Positions 59,380 through 64,000 of a DNA stretch of 64,000 bases are shown here, in pieces. Origin of the DNA: a virus; the IMG/VR virus record IMGVR_UViG_3300046692_000072, positions 13,722 through 77,721 of that record; one strand, given 5' to 3'. Each line of letters opens with the position of its first letter. Position 1 is the first letter of the stretch. The notes beneath the pieces are model-generated. The model was not told the DNA's origin. It saw only the letters and a program-made list of their open reading frames with translations, and ran no database searches. A program made the position numbers and the translations under genes.

Positions 59380-61961
59380 TGAAGTACCACACATGGAACC
59401 AGACAGGAGGCGGATACGGTATCTGCCTCTTGGTTCAAGAAATACGTGAAGAAGAACTCAGGAATACCTATCTCGATCCCTATAAGATCCTTCCTGAAAG
59501 TGTGCTGGTCATTGAACAGCATCGTAATCCAGACGCAAAGAAGACTCCTCAAAAGGAGATCAAAGCCTGGATTGAGCAGGAACTTGTTGAAGTCCTGGTA
59601 GAACAGCATGTCCACTATCTCATTGTAGACAATGCAGAATACTTCAAAGTCCTCACCAAGCAGTCTACTGCCGAACCGTGGTTCGGTTATGTAATGGACT
59701 CGATCTATGGTGACTTTAAAGTCATCTATGTTCCCACCTTTCGCTCTGTGTTCTTTGATCCAGAGAAGAGGAAAGTCCAGATCGCTCAGGGTATGGATGC
59801 ACTCAGGAACCATGCAGAGGGAACCTATGCTGATCCTGGTAGCTCCATTATAACCAAGGCTGTCTACCCTGAAAATCTCATGCAGATTCAGAGCTTTCTG
59901 AACTATCTGCTGGAGAATTATGATGTCCTTACGGCAGACATTGAGGGCTTCAGTCTCAAGCACTACGATTGCGGTCTCGGGACCATTGCTTTCGCATGGT
60001 CTAAGTCTGAAGGTGGAGCATTCCCTATTGACCTCTTGTTGGAAGGATCCGGGGAAGCCCGGCACATCCTACGGGAGTTCTTCAAGGCTTTCCGAGCCAA
60101 AGGAGGAAAGCTCATTTGGCACCATATCTCCTTTGACGTCTACGTGTTGGTATATCAACTCTTTATGGGTGACCTACTGGACACAGAAGGCTTACTCAGG
60201 GGAATGGATATCCTCCTGGATAATTGGGATGACACCAAACTTATCACTTATCTGGCAACGAATAGCTGTGCTGGAAATGATCTAGGTCTCAAAGCTCAAG
60301 CTCAGGAATATGCAGGCAACTACGCAGTTGATGAGATCAAGGATATCACTAAGATTCCCCTCCCTGTACTGCTTCAATATAACCTAGTGGATGCTCTATC
60401 TACTTGGTATGTATATGAAAAACATCATGCCACAATGGTCAAAGACAATCAGGTGGAGATCTACGAAACGATCTTTAAACCTGCCATCAAAGACATTGTG
60501 CAGATGCAGCTTACCGGTCTACCGGTTAATATGGAGAGAGTCCGTGAAGTCAAAAAGATCATCGAGAATGATGAAGCTAAGGCACTCACGAAGATCCGTG
60601 CACACCCTGTCGTTGCTCAGTACATCTCAGTACGTAATGAGCGCTGGGTCATTGAGAGAAACGCAAAGCTCAAGAAGAAACGTGTCACTCTTGCAGACGC
60701 TAACGAAACGTTTAATCCGGGTTCGAATGATCAGCTCGCAGAAGTCCTCTACGAGCTACTTGAGCTACCAGTTCTCGAACGAACAGCCTCGGGTGCTGCG
60801 GGAACCGGACAAGATGTCGTTAAGAAGCTTAGAGCCTATACGACAGATCCAACAACATTATCATTCCTGGAAGGATTGATTGAATATGCTGAAGTATCAA
60901 TTCTGCTATCAACCTTCATTCCTGCTTTCGAACGGGCAAGGCAAGGACCAGATGGGTGGCACTATCTGTTTGGGAACTTTAACCTTGGCGGAACTGTTTC
61001 TGGGCGTTTGTCTAGCAATGGTCCTAATCTACAGAATCTACCTGCTACTGGATCCCGCTACGCCAAACTTATCAAAACCATCTTCAGTGCTCCTCGTGGG
61101 TGGCTTTTTGTGGGTCTTGATTTTGCTTCTCTTGAGGATCGGATTTCAGCTCTAACCACAAAAGATCCTGCAAAACTCAAAGTCTACACCGATGGTTGGG
61201 ATGGTCACGCCATGCGTGCTGTCGCCTACTTCGGTGATAAAATGCCTGACATTGATCCAACTTCAGTGGAACAAGTAAACGCCATTAAAGAAAAGGATCA
61301 TAAATATGAGCATTACAGACAAGACTCTAAAGTTCCTACTTTTAGTCTTACGTATGCTGGTACCTACATCACCATCATGGCTTCGTGCGGTTTCACAAGG
61401 GAAGTTGCTCAGCAAATCGAGCGTAATTACCACGTTCTATATGCTCACAGTGATCAGTGGGTTGCTGATAAGCTCAACGCTGCCTCCCGTGACGGTTATG
61501 TCACTGTTGCTTTTGGTCTTCGTGTGCGTACCCCTCTTCTGGCTCAGGTCATCAGAGGAACCAAGTACACCCCTCACGAAGCGAATGCTGAGGGTAGGAC
61601 AGCAGGAAATGCCTTGGGCCAATCGTGGTGCTTACTCAACTCTAGGGCAGGATCGGAATTCCTTGGCAAAGTACGAGTATCCAAATTTAGATTGGATATT
61701 AAACCTTGTGCACAAATCCATGATGCCAATTACCTCCTCATACGAGATGATATGGATTGCCTCTTGTTCACCAATGAGCATCTGGTTAAAGCATCCGAAT
61801 GGCAAGACCACGATGATATCAGACATCCAGATGTGGGTCTTGGAGGGGAACTTAGTATCTTCTACCCCGACTGGTCTAAAGAAATTGTAATACCCAATGG
61901 TGCAACCCCGGAGATCATCGAAGAGAAGATCTCTAAACACATGGAAAAACTAGCAGCATGA
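59379..61961 (+). CDS. Family A DNA polymerase with 3'-5' exonuclease (N4 gp39-like)
   Basis: ADIEGF, SGRLSS.GPNLQNLP, DFASLEDR, RQDSKVPTFSLTYAG, QIHDA. Confidence 0.95.
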   Translation: MKYHTWNQTGGGYGICLLVQEIREEELRNTYLDPYKILPESVLVIEQHRNPDAKKTPQKEIKAWIEQELVEVLVEQHVHYLIVDNAEYFKVLTKQSTAEPWFGYVMDSIYGDFKVIYVPTFRSVFFDPEKRKVQIAQGMDALRNHAEGTYADPGSSIITKAVYPENLMQIQSFLNYLLENYDVLTADIEGFSLKHYDCGLGTIAFAWSKSEGGAFPIDLLLEGSGEARHILREFFKAFRAKGGKLIWHHISFDVYVLVYQLFMGDLLDTEGLLRGMDILLDNWDDTKLITYLATNSCAGNDLGLKAQAQEYAGNYAVDEIKDITKIPLPVLLQYNLVDALSTWYVYEKHHATMVKDNQVEIYETIFKPAIKDIVQMQLTGLPVNMERVREVKKIIENDEAKALTKIRAHPVVAQYISVRNERWVIERNAKLKKKRVTLADANETFNPGSNDQLAEVLYELLELPVLERTASGAAGTGQDVVKKLRAYTTDPTTLSFLEGLIEYAEVSILLSTFIPAFERARQGPDGWHYLFGNFNLGGTVSGRLSSNGPNLQNLPATGSRYAKLIKTIFSAPRGWLFVGLDFASLEDRISALTTKDPAKLKVYTDGWDGHAMRAVAYFGDKMPDIDPTSVEQVNAIKEKDHKYEHYRQDSKVPTFSLTYAGTYITIMASCGFTREVAQQIERNYHVLYAHSDQWVADKLNAASRDGYVTVAFGLRVRTPLLAQVIRGTKYTPHEANAEGRTAGNALGQSWCLLNSRAGSEFLGKVRVSKFRLDIKPCAQIHDANYLLIRDDMDCLLFTNEHLVKASEWQDHDDIRHPDVGLGGELSIFYPDWSKEIVIPNGATPEIIEEKISKHMEKLAA

Positions 61962-62323
61962 CTAGCATCAAAGCACCCGTGAAGCGGGATCACTACCAAC
62001 TCTGGGCTGGTGAAGTCACGATGGTTATCGATGCAGGCAATGGGGAGCTCGCTCCCCTTGTCATTCGAGCCAATGGCATGACCACGATTGATGATCAATC
62101 GAAGATCACCCCGAATGATCTCTCACGAGCTCAACAGGCACTCCAGATGAACGTCTTTAAGACGATGGGTGCCGAATACCAGAAGGTCAAGGATGTCCTC
62201 TCAGTGACCATCCTCTTCAGCATGTACATGGGCAGACTGTCCAGGGATGAGCTGGAAATCACCATCAAGCAGCAGGAAACCAAGGTTCCTGAAGCTGCTG
62301 CAAACGATCCATACGCCAAATGA
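61958..62323 (+). CDS. Hypothetical protein
   Basis: ATGA overlap with the polymerase gene. Confidence 0.7.
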   Translation: MTSIKAPVKRDHYQLWAGEVTMVIDAGNGELAPLVIRANGMTTIDDQSKITPNDLSRAQQALQMNVFKTMGAEYQKVKDVLSVTILFSMYMGRLSRDELEITIKQQETKVPEAAANDPYAK

Positions 62324-62841
62324 GCAGACATCTCTTCATCATCAATGGGAAGTCTGGTTCAGGTAAGGACAAGTTCGTAGAGCTTCTATTTGAAGCTATG
62401 AGTCCTTCTTGGAATCGAGAAAATATCTCGTCTATCACTCCTGTATATGACATGTTGCAGGAGAAGGGCATTCCTATGATGCCCAAGACACCGGAAACAC
62501 GTCAGCTTGCTGCTGAGATGAAGCGAGTCCTCAATGGTTATAACCGTTGGGCAGACAAGCTTGCTGTGGAAGCTGTGCAGAACACTTACAATAATAGTGT
62601 CGGCGGACCATTCGTTGTTTTCCTTCATGTAAGGGAAGCACTCAGCATCAAGTACGTTAAAAACAACATGCCTTTTAACTGGAAGGTCTCTACCCTTTGG
62701 GTAGAACGTCCTGATGTACCTGCTGTTGCCAACGATGAATCATATAGCCCAGAGGGTTATGATTTCCTAATCACTAATGGTGGTACGTTGGAAGAACTCA
62801 AGGCACAAGCTATTGAGTTTGCTAAGAAATTTGCTGATTAA
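62320..62841 (+). CDS. P-loop dNMP-kinase-like protein
   Basis: IINGKSGSGKD, VRE, YDFLITNGGTLEEL. Confidence 0.7.
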   Translation: MSRHLFIINGKSGSGKDKFVELLFEAMSPSWNRENISSITPVYDMLQEKGIPMMPKTPETRQLAAEMKRVLNGYNRWADKLAVEAVQNTYNNSVGGPFVVFLHVREALSIKYVKNNMPFNWKVSTLWVERPDVPAVANDESYSPEGYDFLITNGGTLEELKAQAIEFAKKFAD

Positions 62842-62911
62842 AGCAGATTTCCCTTGAACCAAAGGGGGAAGGGGAGTAACTAACCCTTCCCTCACATTAA
62901 GGGCATTCCCA

Positions 62912-63898
62912 ATGAAAATTAACAACGCACGGAGGATCTCCGTGCCTATTGCTGTGTGGTTGGTATCGGATGATTACGATTATATCAACGAACCTAATTA
63001 CATCTCAGCAACTACTCTTCTGAAGCCTCTGAAGCAAATCATCCTGGGTAACCGTTTCAAGGTACTTGGTAGAGAGATGGAAGCAGATGTCGAAGACTTC
63101 ATTTCATCTCGCATGGGTACTGCTATCCATGATGCTATCGAGAAGGCTTGGACCATCAATAAGGATAAGGCCCTAGCTCGTCTGGGTTATCCTGAGAAGA
63201 TCCGGGAACGGGTCGTGGTTAATCCCACGGATGAATATCTGAAGGCTAACCCTAACGCAGTTCCAGTCTATCTTGAGCAACGCTTTTTTAAAGAGCTTGC
63301 AGGATGGAAGATCGGTGGAAAGATCGATATCATCTTGGAAGGTGCCTATCACGACACCAAATCGACCTCGGTTTACTCCCTTATCCTTGGTTCCAAGGAC
63401 GATTATTATATCGGTCAGGGATCCATCTATCGGTGGCTTGCTCCCGAAAAGATCACTGAAGATCGAATCCATGTGGAGTTTATCTTCACTGACTGGTCCA
63501 GAGCAGAAGCTCGACGTAAACCCGACTATCCACAGAGCAGGTACCATCAGTACACACTCCCACTTATGTCTTACGAGGACACAGAGAAGTGGTTGACTGG
63601 TAAGCTCAACAATCTCAGGCGCCTGTGGAACGCTGACGAAGCACAAATCCCGCCATGCACCGACGAGGAGCTATGGCGAGGTAAGACGGTTTGGAAGTAC
63701 TACAGTGATGCGGCTAAGGCTAACGACCCTGGTGCTCGGTCATCTAAGAACTTCGATGATGCCGTCAAGGCAAACATCTATTGGCACCAAGAAAAGGGTG
63801 GCAAGGGGACTGTAAAGACGGTCCCTGGTGAAGTTAAAGCGTGCGGATATTGTTCTGCATATGACATCTGCAAACAGAGATTGGCTTACGATGTATGA
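62912..63898 (+). CDS. PD-(D/E)XK exonuclease (N4-like)
   Basis: SATTLLKP, GTAIH..IE, EQR, GKID, D.KSTS, C.YC…..C. Confidence 0.85.
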   Translation: MKINNARRISVPIAVWLVSDDYDYINEPNYISATTLLKPLKQIILGNRFKVLGREMEADVEDFISSRMGTAIHDAIEKAWTINKDKALARLGYPEKIRERVVVNPTDEYLKANPNAVPVYLEQRFFKELAGWKIGGKIDIILEGAYHDTKSTSVYSLILGSKDDYYIGQGSIYRWLAPEKITEDRIHVEFIFTDWSRAEARRKPDYPQSRYHQYTLPLMSYEDTEKWLTGKLNNLRRLWNADEAQIPPCTDEELWRGKTVWKYYSDAAKANDPGARSSKNFDDAVKANIYWHQEKGGKGTVKTVPGEVKACGYCSAYDICKQRLAYDV

Positions 63899-64000
63899 TC
63901 TAACCGGTGTATCCCATCACCCTGTGATCTCAGAGATTATGGGTGTTCTGGGTAACAAGTTACAGAACAAAGATGAGTCTTTTTTCAGGGTTGAAATTGC
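63891..64000 (+). CDS. N4-like primase, N-terminus only
   Basis: MYDLTGVSHHPVISEIMGVLGNKLQNKDESFFRVEI; synteny after the nuclease. Confidence 0.65.
   Translation, partial: MYDLTGVSHHPVISEIMGVLGNKLQNKDESFFRVEI

Overview
The window is a circularly permuted ~64 kb piece of an N4-like podovirus genome (Schitoviridae). The host is probably an alphaproteobacterium of the Rhizobiales type; this is an inference, mainly from the endolysin architecture. Positions 1-22.6 kb (minus strand) hold the late block in N4 order: virion RNA polymerase (cut by the window edge), gp51-gp58-like virion proteins with the major capsid protein, portal, spanins/endolysin/holin, two tail-fibre genes, gp67, terminase, gp69 and a Gp49-family fusion. 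Positions 23.2-26.0 kb form an RNA island with three canonical tRNAs (Pro, Asn, Gln) packed among several tRNA-like or multibranch structured RNA candidates. Positions 26.0-28.0 kb carry an array of small related helical ORFs. The probable genome end lies near 28.4 kb. It is followed by the early and middle genes on the + strand: gp1, gp2, the two RNAP II subunits, two proteins sharing a putative capsid-anchor N-domain (one carrying cadherin repeats and an FAD-oxidoreductase domain), MoxR/VWA, dCTP deaminase, ThyA, rIIA/rIIB, helicase, DNA polymerase, nuclease and the start of the primase. The most interesting candidates are (i) the cassette of non-canonical tRNA-like RNAs, including a tRNA with an insertion in its T-loop, (ii) the possibly capsid-displayed flavoenzyme, (iii) the paralog array, (iv) a putative double-sponge anti-defence fusion and (v) a strongly over-represented GAACCAAG motif. 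Family assignments come from motif recognition and synteny, and RNA pairings were found by eye; no searches or folding programs were run.
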